Shown one piece after another: positions 35,372 through 47,819 of a stretch of 64,000 bases of DNA. The position numbers and the translations under genes were made by a program. The stretch's first letter is position 1. The number at the start of each line of letters is the position of its first letter. The stretch is from Craspedostauros australis (Eukaryota): the NCBI GenBank assembly GCA_030167865.1, contig JALAGF010000347.1:1-64000 (forward strand). The letters run 5' to 3'. The notes beneath the pieces were generated by a model. It saw only the letters and a list, made by a program, of their open reading frames with translations, searched no databases and was not told where the DNA came from.

Positions 35372-36160
35372 TCAGCGTCGGTCCAAGGCACCGTCGGCAC
35401 TGTCGTGCTTTTGAAACAGATTCATGGTCATGATCTCGGTAAAGTCCGAAAGCGAGACTCTGCCCGCATTAGTCCCTTGCGCTCTGTCCATCATCTCCTG
35501 CAGCTCTTCTCTTGCCATGTCCGTCTCCCCGAGCTCCACGGCAACTCGCTCCAAATCATCGATCGTTATGTATCCCTTGTTGTGGACATCGAACAGCTGA
35601 AAGACGGGAGCGAAGTTATCCTCCGGTGTCGGAAGGATGGTGTCCTTCATGGAGTGCTGCATCGTCGTGGTGGCCATCAGCCTCACATATTCATCGAAAT
35701 CGATCGTGGCATCTTTGGGTCGCCGTGACAGCAGCGATACGATCTTGTCCAAGTGAGGATACTGTCTTGGAGTCGTGGCGCCGTTGGGTCCCTTGAGAGA
35801 GTGCAGCACGGCCAGCATGTCTGCACACCGGATGCGTCCAACGCCTTCCGTATCGAACAAGGCGAATGCTTCACGGAAATCATCGAGCTCCATGTCGCTG
35901 AATGCATCGAAGTGCTGCTGTGACTTCTGCTGCTGCGGCTGCGCTTGGCGCCGAGTCCTGGTCGGTAGCATTGTGCTTCTGTTCGCCATGCTTCTCCCGT
36001 TGCGTGTTCTTGGTGCGCGTTCTTGCTGTTGGGCTGGTGCTTGGTGTTGGTATCGGTGTTCTCGAGAGATGCGGAGAGTATTGGATTGTGAGTTCTGCAG
36101 AATGTTGTCTCGATGTTCACTATTGTACAATCTCCTGCTTCCCTTGTCGTGCACCAACAT
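35372..36160 (-). CDS. Centrin/calmodulin-like EF-hand protein with an N-terminal extension
   Basis: FREAFALFDTEGVGRI, IDFDEYV, FQLFDVHNKGYITIDDLERVAVELGE and EELQEMMDRA (centrin-like); start uncertain. Confidence 0.85.
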   Translation of the reverse strand: MLVHDKGSRRLYNSEHRDNILQNSQSNTLRISREHRYQHQAPAQQQERAPRTRNGRSMANRSTMLPTRTRRQAQPQQQKSQQHFDAFSDMELDDFREAFALFDTEGVGRIRCADMLAVLHSLKGPNGATTPRQYPHLDKIVSLLSRRPKDATIDFDEYVRLMATTTMQHSMKDTILPTPEDNFAPVFQLFDVHNKGYITIDDLERVAVELGETDMAREELQEMMDRAQGTNAGRVSLSDFTEIMTMNLFQKHDSADGALDRR

Positions 36161-36450
36161 GGAGCTTGCAGATGATCTGTGCTTTGTGGGATCACCATCC
36201 TGTCCTGCTGGGTGCGATGATGGATGTCGGCGAGGACACAATTCAAAAATTCAAATTTTCCTCTACAGAATCGAATCACGAAAGATACTCCAGTCACGAT
36301 TGATTGCATCCTCACTCGGATGATCACATCATCTGTCGAGAGTTGGAGAGAGCAGGCGTCTTCTTGTTCTTCTGTTATTAGTACAACAAACCAAACGAAA
36401 ATCACAACCAAGCATGTCAGCGACCCAGTGGGCCAACATTGACTGCCATC

Positions 36451-36855
36451 ATGAGAGCTGCGACCTTCTTCCTCTGTGCCGTGTCGGCGTTGCTGATCGG
36501 CAAGCTCGAAGCATTCGTCATTCACCGATCTGCAGATTCGGTGATCGGCACTTCTCCCATGCCGACGTCATCCTTGACTGCGTGGAATCCACGCGGCAAC
36601 AAGCAGCAGAAGCAGACAGTTGGCAAGCAGATTCGCAGCGATCGACGCAAGCAATTGGGCATTCCCGACGATGCCGATGAGTACGATCTCGACGCTGCGC
36701 TCAACAATAACACGGACGACTTCATTTCCAAGGTGGTGGCAGGATCCTTCATCGTGGCAGTGATTGTGCTGTTGGTGGCAGGTATCATCATTCCTGCGAC
36801 TGCGGACTTGGGAGATGAGGTGTGCAAGCCCATTTTGAATGGAGGAAGGTGCTGA
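36451..36855 (+). CDS. Small plastid-targeted single-TM protein of unknown function
   Basis: Signal peptide ending LEA-F, a transit-like region, RRKQLGI...EYDL and a C-terminal TM followed by two Cys. Confidence 0.75.
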   Translation: MRAATFFLCAVSALLIGKLEAFVIHRSADSVIGTSPMPTSSLTAWNPRGNKQQKQTVGKQIRSDRRKQLGIPDDADEYDLDAALNNNTDDFISKVVAGSFIVAVIVLLVAGIIIPATADLGDEVCKPILNGGRC

Positions 36856-37202
36856 GCAAGTATTGCATTCGACGATGAGTACGCTGGGCTCGACCGTGCT
36901 CGAGCAGTCCCAATGTGGGAGAGTGCAAAAGTGCAAGAGTACTGGCATCATGGCCCCACCACAAGCTTCGCAACTTCCGACAAGCATTCGTCCACTCCAT
37001 ATTGAGCCCGTGCCTCGCTATATCCATCCATTCATGCAATGTCGATACTAGGATGAATCATGCTAAGACTCTGCATACTAGTTCGTCGTCACTGCCCATC
37101 CAATGATGCAGCGCATTGATCGGAGCACGGCTGTCTCTGCTCAATTTTGCTCGACTCAGCACAGTTCCGTGATCCATAAGAACATATCCACTCCAATTAA
37201 TT

Positions 37203-38643
37203 TTACTCCAGCCCGCACACATCCAGATTCGTCAGCGCGCCGCCATGCAGGGCAGATGTCTTCACTTTTTCCCGCCGTTCCAGGAAAGCATCGTAGCCCT
37301 TCATGTGATTCAGTTGCGTGCTCGTCATGGGGTTGCCATGCAAATTCAGATCTATCAATGGCGTGTCCGCAAATACAGTGGCGGGTATCGACTGCTCCTT
37401 GCCATCGATGAAGGCGACCATCTTGTTGTTCTTCAGCGACAGCTGCTTCAGCTTCACCAGCTTGCCGAGCTGCTCGGGAAGATTGACGATCACATTGTTA
37501 TCGAGGTTCAATTCCACAAGCTGCGTTAGGCGGCCGATTGCGGAAGGCACGGTTCCCAGTTGGTTGCTGGACAGATCGAGCTTTTGCAGCTTGGGCAAAT
37601 TGCTGGACAGTATTGTGGGTGGGATGGAGGACAGTGCGTTCGCGCTGAGCTTCAATTGCTTCAGGCTCGCCGGCAGGTCCGGCAGCGGATCCAGCTGCTT
37701 GCCGCCCTCCGTCGCCGTCATCTTACCCAGTTGGTTGCCGCTGGCGGACAGCGTTTGCAGCTTGGTTAGATGCTGTATCGACGCCAAGCTGCCCGCTTTC
37801 AGTCGGTTTTCATCCACATTGAACAATTTGAGCACCTTCAGTTTGTTGACGGCGCCGATGCTCTTCAAGGAATTGCGGGACAGATCGAGCGTTGTGAGGT
37901 TCGTCAATCTGGTTTGGAATGAAGCAAGCATTGCATGAAAGTAAAGGTAGGTGAGTCGGGAATCCAGAGAAATGTGATGCAGGCCAAAGTCACAGCACAT
38001 TCTCTGGTTGCGGCGCAGGATGAAGGGCGATGCCAACGAACCGCTGACAATGATCCGTGCAAATTCCAAAGGAGGACGATTGCAGGAGCATGCCATTGTG
38101 CGAGATGCATTCCCTGAATACTCGTCGAAAACTCCACTCCAGAACTTCTCGTGTACGACAACACAACAGCACACCACAATGCATCAGCGAGGCTGCATGA
38201 ACTCACTCATATATCTGGGGAAAAACGGCTTCCAATCCATGTTCACTCAGTGACAAGATGCCGGTCTTCTTGGCATTGTCCAATTTCTGCGAATGGGTAT
38301 GTGAGTGCATGGTAGGTGTATTGCAGCATTTGGTGGTTGTCGGTGTGATGTGAAGAAGATGAAACGATGGAGATGAAGGAAAGGGTTGATGAGCGTGTCT
38401 GATAGTGCGAATGTCGATTCTGACAGTGACAGTAATCGTGACAGCGTTGCCATCTCATGATCAGTGCATCAAAGTTGTTTGAACCCGGCATGGGATGGAA
38501 TGACGATATCCTCCATGGACGATGTGCCAATTGCACATCAAGGTGCGTGGTTGTGCGCAGCATGCTTGGGCTTCACTGACCTGTGCAACAATCTTGCGGC
38601 CAGTCTTGTTCTTTGGCTTACTTCCTCCGATGGCGTTTCCCAT
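37203..38643 (-). CDS. LRRC57: N-myristoylated LRR protein (LRRC57-like); exons 38643-38581, 38286-38207, 37908-37203
   Basis: MGNAIGGS myristoylation motif; exon 2 reads KLDNAKKTGILSLSEHGL; then LRRs and LNLHGNP...GYDAFLERR. Introns are phase-compatible. Confidence 0.8.
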
Positions 38644-39034
38644 GGTTCAACTTGCAGTGATGACGATTGTCGCACTATTGTAATACTTGTGGAATCCGTC
38701 TCAGTGCTGAGTGCCCGAAGGATGAACAGAGATGCTCGAAAAGTGGGGTGAGAACTGCGGTGCTGATTGACTACTTCTCTCTTGTCTCTTCTTGTGAACA
38801 ATGCGAAAGAAGCAGAGTATGAGAGAACTGCTCCGTTGCATGTTTTTCGTGTTTTCGCGTTTGTTGCTACATCTTGTGTAGATGAGAAATTCGAAAAGAA
38901 TGTCTAATTATGACAGAAATATCGATGACGAAAACGTGAACAACTCACAAGATCCACAAACCCGAACTATTTATCAAAGACCTACTGAATTCTAACACGA
39001 ACAAGAACAAGGGCGGCAACACCCGCACAAATCA

Positions 39035-39850
39035 ATGCGCAAAGGCTCGCACGAGCCTAGTCACCCCTCCGCCGCATTGCCGACACGACCGCACCATCCG
39101 ACCATGTCGTCACCAACGAAAGACTCTCGCGAAGTAGATCCAGCGTCAATGCCATCACCGGGAAAAGATAAACAGCAGCAGCAGCAACAGCAACTGCAGC
39201 ACGATACGCAAATCCTGCGCACGGATCTGGTCGCTCGCAACGTGTACGATGAATTGATACGCTCGGTGTACTGCGATGCTGTGTCCAACTTGCACCACCT
39301 GATCAAGACGGGGGAGATCGCTGCGTCGACGTTGACGGAGCCTGTCTCACGCAAGAGCATGTACCCGGATTTGTACAGATCGGCGCAAGACGCTGCAAAG
39401 GCAGCAGGCCCCACCACGCATCGTCGCAGGAACGACAAGGTCGTGGACGTGGCGGACATCGACGAGCATCTGGCCAAGTACTCCACCGAAGTCATGATCC
39501 CACCGACGCGCAAACGACCGCCGTACGGAACGCCAACCGCGGAAGATCGTGAGCGGGAGGTGCCATCCGCGGACGATAACAAGCGACAAAGGAAGGGCGA
39601 CTCACCCAGGAAGTCAAGGTACGGATCGCCAACCAAGGGGGCCGGCAAGAGCGAAGTCAGCAGCCCTGCTCTCTCCACTCGCCAAGCAACATCGCAGACG
39701 GATATTTGGGGCCGGATTCCACCGAAGGAACTCCGAACTCCCTGCGAATGCAGATTGTGCGGGAGGCAGATCAGTGCGTTGCGATTCGCGCAGCATTTGG
39801 ACAAGTGCATGGGGTTGTCGAACAGCAGGCCGAGCAGTTCGTCTCGTTGA
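39035..39850 (+). CDS. SGF11: SAGA-associated factor 11 (SGF11/ATXN7L3-like)
   Basis: C-terminal zinc finger CECRLCGRQISALRFAQHLDKCMG preceded by DIWG; N-terminal helix VYDELIRSV..D. Start could be 39104. Confidence 0.88.
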   Translation: MRKGSHEPSHPSAALPTRPHHPTMSSPTKDSREVDPASMPSPGKDKQQQQQQQLQHDTQILRTDLVARNVYDELIRSVYCDAVSNLHHLIKTGEIAASTLTEPVSRKSMYPDLYRSAQDAAKAAGPTTHRRRNDKVVDVADIDEHLAKYSTEVMIPPTRKRPPYGTPTAEDREREVPSADDNKRQRKGDSPRKSRYGSPTKGAGKSEVSSPALSTRQATSQTDIWGRIPPKELRTPCECRLCGRQISALRFAQHLDKCMGLSNSRPSSSSR

Positions 39851-40420
39851 TCGGGAAGGATGCGGCGGACGAGCATGGTGGTGGAGGGAGTGTTGAGAAA
39901 GAGTGAGAGGAGAAGAGAGATGCTCGCTAGGTATGTTATGATCACATCCGCACCAACGCGAGCGCAAGGAGCACCACGACCACGACCACGAAGCTGCAAG
40001 ATGAGGCAAGGCGAAGATGTCTTGCGTGGAACAAACCACTTTGTGAAGAGGGAATGAATGGTACCAGAGAACAGAGTCGAAGCCGATCACAGCTTCGCAT
40101 GTTGTACGACTCGGCGGCAGGCATGTCTAACGCAACTACAACGCAAGATGTGGATGCATTCATATCAAACGCTTGCATTCATTCATCCATTCATCAATAG
40201 CGTCGGTAAGCTAGTTTGGAGCGTTATATATAGAGAGATTTATGTCTGTTCATGCTGTGCTCTGGAATTGACGAGAAGGAACGATGCAGAGTACTCTGCT
40301 CCATCCCACTCCTGCCATTGCAAATACACAACTCGAATACAGTTATGGCGGTCTGCAAGGTTGTGGAAGCATCGCCGCGGTGATAAGATCCGATCAGATC
40401 GGTCCTGAGCCGAGTTGCGT

Positions 40421-41071
40421 CTACGACGTCAACTGATTGGTCTTGTTCGCTGGAGTTGCGTTGCTGGGAATGTCGGTGGGAGTGGCAGGAAGTGAGGTCG
40501 GTTGCAGATAGCTCGGCGTGCTCTCCGTCTCCAGCTCATCCTCAAGCTCGTCGTCGAGCATCTCCAGCTCCGCATCGAGGTCAGCCTCGTCGAGATCTTC
40601 CGGCGTCGAGAAGTTTCTGCCCAACGTTTCGTTGATCTCGTTGAAGTCGTCCATCATATCCGCCATGTCATCTGTCATGTCCTCGATCTCATCGATGTTC
40701 AGCTCCTTCTTGATCGTCCTCTTGAGCTCCGCGTTGGCAGCCTTCATGGCCGCCACGGTGGCGACGTTCGCCTTGGCGGACTCAATGCCAAAGCTGGCCT
40801 GGTCGATGTTGTGGGCCTGTCCGGCGATCGTATCGCGCTGCTGCTCGTACATGCGCTTTCGTTTCAGGACATCCATGGCGCGCCTCTGCAGATTCTTCTT
40901 GGCTGCAGGGTTCTTGGTCTTCTTCATCTTGTCCTTGTACACGCGCAGCTCGCTTTCCAGACTTGCGATCTTGGTGTCCATGCTGCCTATGCGGTTGTTC
41001 AGCCCGGACGAGGCCTCGTCCAGCGTCGGTGCCGGGGCTGCCTTCTTCTTCTTTCCGAACACGCGGTTCAT
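40421..41071 (-). CDS. CHMP5: ESCRT-III Snf7-family protein Vps60/CHMP5
   Basis: MNRVFGKKK, RAMDVLKRKRMYEQQ, IDEIEDMTDDM and DEADLDAEL. Confidence 0.93.
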   Translation of the reverse strand: MNRVFGKKKKAAPAPTLDEASSGLNNRIGSMDTKIASLESELRVYKDKMKKTKNPAAKKNLQRRAMDVLKRKRMYEQQRDTIAGQAHNIDQASFGIESAKANVATVAAMKAANAELKRTIKKELNIDEIEDMTDDMADMMDDFNEINETLGRNFSTPEDLDEADLDAELEMLDDELEDELETESTPSYLQPTSLPATPTDIPSNATPANKTNQLTS

Positions 41072-42402
41072 CTTGATTCGCTTCCTGCTTGGATGTTGGG
41101 TGCTTGATTGCTCTGGTGATCGATCGATGGTGTCTTTCCTTCGTCTCTTGTGCTCAATCGCTGATCAATCGTTGTCGTGCTTTGGTTTTTGTGTCGTCTT
41201 CGCGTTCGATCGCCTTCGTGTCGTGCTGTCAGCGCGTGTTTCTGCACACATTCGGACAGGCTCAGTTGTGTTCGCACCCGTGACAGAAATGGAGCCAGAT
41301 CGCGAGACACAACAAGACGTTGGATTTGGTCTTGCTTTTTTTGGAGTCGCATTAGTCAAGTCGTGGTTTGGTGTGGTTGTTTCGCCTTTCTGGTTGAAGG
41401 GTTGCCACGAACTTGCTTGTGTTGGTCGCACACAACGCAGCACTCCGCGACATCAGATGGAATCAAGTATGACAGGTGAGAGGAGATCGTATAGTCGTAG
41501 CACACCAGTGACAACTTCAGCAATGCCTATCCTCCATATGTCGATGGCTCTCTCTCTCTCTCCAGTGATGCAGAGAGAGAGAGGTCAGATGAGAGAGCTG
41601 GTTCAGAGATAATGGAGTAGATTCTAGTTGTATTGCTGCGTTCGTTGCTGGTGTGTCATTCGATTGCCAAAATAGTGTTGGCTTCGATTGTTCCGCAACA
41701 CAACGGTTCATGTAATCATGCCATACATGATGGTAGATCTCAGTTGGGTGATTGACTGATTTGGTTGATAGCTTGCTTGTTGGGGGAATTGAGCAAAGGA
41801 TGAGATGTGGCATTTGAAAATGGAGAAAGGGCATCAACACCATGCCAAGCTGCAAGGTTGTCCGCGACCCCCAAACCCCGTGTGATGTTTGCGATTTGCG
41901 CTTACTTCTGTATGGCTCAGACCTGTGTCATGCGCATGCGAATTTGTACTTGGTGTCGATCGCTGTGGAAGAAGGACATCGACTCCCCATTCTGACGTTC
42001 CTACTCGTAGGTTGCAAGATGGAAGCGACGTGTGGTTCGTCATGGTTTGGTATGAGTACGGCAGGAGCGAAAGTAGAGTGCAATGGCACCAAAGGTTGTG
42101 TCAGATGTGATGTGAGGGAACAACAAGGGAGATAGTCACGGTTGCTTGTGTTGTCAACGTCATCGTTGTTGTCGTACCTTCTTTCCTTCGCTGTCGCAAC
42201 CCCATCTCGTCATTGTTTCGTATGCACACTGCACTCCTGAGTGCATACCATACACCGACCCGTCTGTGTGTGCATGCATCATGCAAGCACCACAACGGAT
42301 CCCACTCGATGGTGATTGTGCTTGTGACGATTGAGCGCGAGATGGTGAGGGTGATGGTCAAAAAGCACCATACATAAAACTACACGGTGCGCATGTCCGT
42401 AT

Positions 42403-45400
42403 TTAAAGACCGTCCAGGTACGATCCTCCGCTGCTGTTTGGTCCCGTTGGTGGTTGCTTGCGCGCTCCTCCGGATGGTGCGAATGATGATGGTCCGGTTG
42501 ATGATCCTCCCTGCCCATTCATTCCTGCTCCCGCCGAGGGCCCGGATGGGTTAGCGCCCGAGCCCTCGTTGCCATTGACTGTGCCGGTTCCTCCATTTGG
42601 AGCAAACGACACCATGCCGTTGTCGTAGCTCGTGGGGACAGATCCTGCACCTCCATTCATACTGCCGTTGGGAGTACCAATATCTCCATTCACGTCGCCC
42701 AGCCCACCGTTTGGTGGTCCGGCATCCACGTTCATCGTTGGTGACTTCGGAGTGCCTGTGGACGCAGGTACGGATGTTTGGCCGACGTTGTCAAGGTAGG
42801 ATGGCATTCCTGTACCGGTCCCTGATGGTGAACCAGGTGCAGAACTGCCCGCAGGCTTGTTCGTGGAGCCTGCTGGTGTACGAAGGCTTTCCAGGTAGGA
42901 GCCTGTCGATGGTTGCTCTGGAGTAGTGCTGTCCGAGACAATGTCGACGGCGACTTCCGGTGGGATGGTGGCAGGATCGACGCGATCTGGGGAGGCGACG
43001 ACGAAGGTTGGACGTGCCGTGCTGACCGGCTCGATGATCGGGAGCGTGGGGTTTCGCTTCACCCTTTCGACAACGCTGATGTCGAGCGTGGCCCCATCCA
43101 ACGATTCGAGGTAGGAACCGCCGAACGGACTTGCTCCAGTGGATGCAAGCTCAGACGACGACGATCGCAGAGCATCAAGGTAGTTGGACATCCCAGCGCC
43201 GCCTTCTCTGGAGGAGGAATCGCTCGGAAGACTGTCAACGTACGTCCGCACACCAGGGCCAGATGGCTGGTCGTCATCGCTGGACTTGATGGTGTCGAGG
43301 TAAGCGTTTCCTGATTTCCCAGATTTGGGCTGGGAATCAACCTTCATGGTCGTCTTCGGTGGCGATCCACCACCCGATGGCTTATCGCTGGAAGATTTTG
43401 AAGACGATGAGTTACCACCCTCGGCCTCTTCCTGAGCCATTGCGCCGGCACCAGCTGCAGCGAGAAATGCAGCTGCTGGGACGCCATACGCAACGCTAGT
43501 AGGGATTTCAGTGCCGAAGAACACGACCTTGTCGTCAAAGTTGAACATTGACGACAGTGCTGGAGCAGTTGATGCAGATGAAGCGGCAGGTGGCGAAGCC
43601 GCAGCGATTGCGGCCTCCCTGGCTTCCCTTGACTTGGCCACTGCTTCGGCTCGTTGTCTTGCTGCTTCCTCTTCGTTCGCCTTCACACGGGCCTCTTCCT
43701 CGGCTCGTGCCTTGGCATCTGCCTCAGCCTTCACGCGTGCTTCTTCTTCTGCCTTTGCCTTGGCTTCTTCTTCGGCCTTCACGCGCGCTGCCTCCTCCTC
43801 AGCTTTAATTCTTGCCTCTTCCTCCGCCTTTACACGAGCCTCCTCTTCCGCCTTGATTCTTGCTTCCTCCTCAGCCTTCACGCGGGCTTCCTCTTCTGCC
43901 TTTACACGAGCCTCTTCCTCTGCTTTGACTCTGGCCTCCTCTTCTGCCTTCACGCGTGCTTCTTCTTCTGCTTTGACTCTGGCCTCTTGCTCAGCCTTGA
44001 TTCTGGCTTCCTCTTCGGCCTTCACACGAGCCTCCTCTTCTGCCTTCACGCGAGCCTCTTCTTCTGCTTTGACTCTGGCTTCTTCTTCCGCCTTGATTCT
44101 TACTTCTTCCTCTGCCTTGATTCTAGCCTCCTCTTCTGCCTTCACGCGAGCCTCTTCCTCTGCCTTAATTCTAGCCTCCTCTTCAGCCTTGATTCTTGCT
44201 TCCTCCTCTGCCTTTACGCGGGCCTCTTCCTCGGCTTTCACACGGGCTTCCTCTTCTGCTTTGACTCTGGCCTCCTCTTCCGCCTTGATTCTTGCTTCCT
44301 CTTCTGCCTTAATCCGTGCCTCCTCTTCAGCCTTGACTCTGGCTTCTTCTTCCGCCTTGATTCTTGCTTCCTCTTCAGCCTTCACGCGGGCCTCTTCCTC
44401 CGCCTTCACACGTGCTTCTTCTTCTGCCTTCACGCGGGCTTCTTCCTCTGCCTTAATTCTTGCCTCCTCTTCTGCCTTCACGCGAGCCTCTTCCTCAGCT
44501 TTTGCGCGGGCCTCCTCCTCAGCCTTGACTTTGGCTTCTTCTGCCTTCACGCGAGCCTCTTCTTCAGCCTTAGCCTTTTGTTCCGCTTGCAATCGAGCTT
44601 CCTCCTCAATGCGTGCCTTTTCTTCGGCTTCAGCTCGGAGACGGGCCTCTTCCGCGGCCTTTTCTTCGGCTTCGATTCGGGCCTGCTCCTCCTGCTCGGC
44701 CTTCACTCGCGCTTCCTCGGCGGCTCTGGTCTCAGCCTCTTCGGCTGCACGGGTGGCCTCTTCTGCTTTGATGCGTGCCTCCTCGGCAGCCTTGGTCTCC
44801 GCTTCGGCCTTGACACGGGCAGCCTCGGCAGCCTGGGCTTCACGCTCCGCCTTGAGACGCTCGCGTTTGTCTGTCTCATCGCTGAGCTTCGCCTCGGCTT
44901 CCGCCTTCTCCTCTGCCTTGGCAGCCAAGCGTGCTTCTTCAGCTGCCTTGGCCTCCGCCTTTTCCGTGGCCTTGACTTCTGCATTGGCCTTCGCCTGCGC
45001 TTCTTTGGCAGCCTGTGCCTCTGCCTTTTCTGCCTCCTTGGCTTCGGCCTCCGCCTTCATGAGTTTATCCTCCGCGATCTTGGCCTCCTCTCCTGCCTTT
45101 GCCTTCGCTTGTTCCGCGATCTTGGCCGCTTCCTCAGCCTTCGCTTGCGTTTGTTCTGCGATCTTGGTCTCGGTCACTGCCGCCACGACCTCCGGGGCAC
45201 TGTCCTCCTCCACAGCAGCCTCGCGGCTTGCCTCGTATTCCTCCCTGGCTTCTGCCATCCGAGCAAGGCGATCAGCCGCGGATTGCATGGTGATTTCCAT
45301 GGGTTGTTCGGAGTCATCGGTATAGTCGTCCATGAAGGTCGGGAGGACGCTGAGGTCGTTGCCGGCGAAGATTCCTGTTCCCAAGGCAACTCCGAGTGCG

Positions 45401-46659
45401 GCTGTGGCGGCTGCGATGGGCAGCGACTGCGCATGAATTGGATGAGTGGCAGTATTCGTCGTTGTTGTTGTTGTTGTTGTCGTTGTTAGTGTTGATGATG
45501 GTCAAGTCATTGGATGATTGAGTACCATAAAAGCCATCAAATGACGTCACGTAGTTGATGGCAAAATCGAGATGACATGCCGATACATTTCACATTGTCA
45601 GAAAGTGATGAGCGTTGTACGGATAGGTGTGTGTCAGTGTGTGATGACGAAAGAGGAACAATCGATCATCGCAACATCGTAACAGCTTCAAAAAAGCAGC
45701 ACGGCCGCAGGTGAAATGCCGATGAAAAAGGTCTGCCACCATGAACACGCTCACGAGCGCACTCATGCCAACGGTTGAAGTTGGCAAACACGATGAATCG
45801 GCATCAATGATCGAGGATGTCACGCAGGATGTAGACTCACATTATTGGACGATGCCTGCTTGGCCTCTTCGGCCTTCTGCTTGGCAAGCTCCTCCTCCTT
45901 CTTCTTCGCGGCTTCCTCCTGCACTTCCCTTCGTTTCTGCAATGCCGCGCGCCCACCTGCCACCAACGCCAGCGGTCCCAGGACAAACGGTGCGGCGGCT
46001 GCGGCCGCGCTGGTCACACCACCGGCGGCACTTGCCGCAGCAGCAGCCTTGGCAGCCGCTGCTGCTTGGGCCGCGGCCTCTGCCAATTCCGCCTCTGTGG
46101 CGGCCAGGACCTCCTTCTTCGCTGCCAGTGCGGTCTCGACCTGCGCCGCCTCCTGCTGCAAACGAGCGGCTTCGGCCTCCGCATCGGCGATCTGACGTGC
46201 GAGCTGGTCCTTGGCGGCCTTCTGCTTGGCAGCGGCTTCGGAAAGGGCCTTCTCGACCTTGAGACGCTGCGCTTCGGCGGCGGCGACCTCTTCCGACAGC
46301 TGTTGGGCCGTTGCGGCAGTTGCCGGTGGAGTTGAAGTTGATGGAGTTGCGGCAGCAGCGTTGGCAGCGGCGTCGGCGACAGGTTGCGTCGGAGGAGGCG
46401 GAGCTGCGTTTGTAGTTGTGCTGGGTGCCGCGTTGGAGGTGGTGGCTGGCTTGGACGTCGTCTTCGTCTTCGTCTTGGGAGTAAAGTCGTCACCAAGATC
46501 GATGTAGTCCGCCATGCGCAGCTCTTGCTTGGGTGGTAGCTGCTTGCTGTGCTGTCGCCCCGATGTAGGCCAGAGTGATGCGCGGAAGTTCGGGAGGAAG
46601 GCAGACACACTGGCCGGAAGGGCAATGGCCGCGATCAGCGCGTATTTCGAGAACCTCAT
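42403..46659 (-). CDS. Plastid-targeted membrane-anchored helical-repeat protein (about 1280 aa); exons 46659-45841 and 45426-42403
   Basis: Signal peptide MRFSKYALIAAIALPASVSA-FLP. The GTGAGT...CGCAG phase-0 intron 45840-45427 joins the two ORFs. Three short hydrophobic segments, an EEEAR[VI]KA array and a disordered tail with SYLxxL motifs. Confidence 0.82.
43660..44620 (-). repeat. Coding tandem repeat, 24-bp unit encoding EEEAR[VI]KA (roughly 35-40 copies)
   Basis: Units differ almost only at synonymous sites and V/I. Confidence 0.95.
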
Positions 46660-47819
46660 TGCTGCGCTTCGTCTCTTTGGCTATCTCCGTTGTCAAGTGG
46701 TGGTGTGCAGTGGTGTGCAGTGGTTTGAAGCGGAGTTCAGTGAGCTATTGTCGATTGTCTCTCGGTTGCGTGCTTGTCCTGTTGGTGGTGTACAACGTGG
46801 GACGTGCAATGTGGAATGCGCAATGACTTCGCTTGGTTGCCTTGCGTACTTGTTTCAGATGGCTCCAATGATGGATGTCGTATCCTGTTTGGGTGCAATG
46901 CAGGCAGAGTGCAAATCTTACACCACAGCACTGTTAGAGCAGGTCGTAGATCAGTATTCGTACTGAACACGCGTACTGCGCTGAACGAGCGGTGGACGAT
47001 GATGTTGCTGTCGTCACGAAAGGATCTCAACCATCAACGGGGGATCGACGCGATTGATTGATGGGGCGAGCGATCGGTCGGTCGATTTGGCTTGTTCCCT
47101 TGGTTTAGCTCTTTTCGCTTTGGCAAGGTGGTGACAACCATTCCTCATCGTGACATTCAACCCACCCAAACTCGCACACGGACTCCGCCAAAAAGAGAGG
47201 TCCATCCGCAGTCGTCGTGATGTCCTTCACCCCCTCCCGCACCATTCAACAGCTGAGAGTCGAACGTCACACACCGAAATTCAACAACATCGACAGCACC
47301 AACATCAACAATCAACGCACTCGTATCCGCACGCGCACGTCAACCACACATCAACCGTCCAATTGCGCGCGTTGGCGATCATGATGACGTATCCATGCCA
47401 ACCACCTTGCGACGCGTTTTCATTGGTCCCACACGTGACACATGGGAACATACGATCTTACAAAATATCGCTGTTTCTTCATCAAAATATCTCCTAACTG
47501 TCAAAACGTGGATTTCTGTCTCGCAAATGTGCGGTTGAATCTGTGGATTCGACCCAAGACTCAATTCGTGACACGCCTTCAACATCAGCTTCGGAAAAAA
47601 TGAGAACCATCCACGAATCCGCAAAACATCTTCCTGTCTCCTTCGCGAAGTCCAACACCCAACTTGCACGAAGCCCGACACCTCCGCCCAACTCAAAAAG
47701 GAACTCCGAATCGTGTTGCCTTCCCACCACGACCACATCTTGCCCACTATCCTTCCTCGACTCACACCATCAGTTCTTCGAAAGCCCCGCCAACAGAAGC
47801 ATCCTCTCTCTCTCCAGAG

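Noticed and set aside
43660-44620. CRISPR-like array
   Set aside because: Contiguous 24-bp coding repeats with no unique spacers and no cas genes, in a eukaryotic context.
43511-45489. Long plus-strand ORFs (604 and 611 aa)
   Set aside because: Antisense shadows of the EEEARVKA coding repeat; low-complexity Ala/Ser or Leu/Phe/Cys text.
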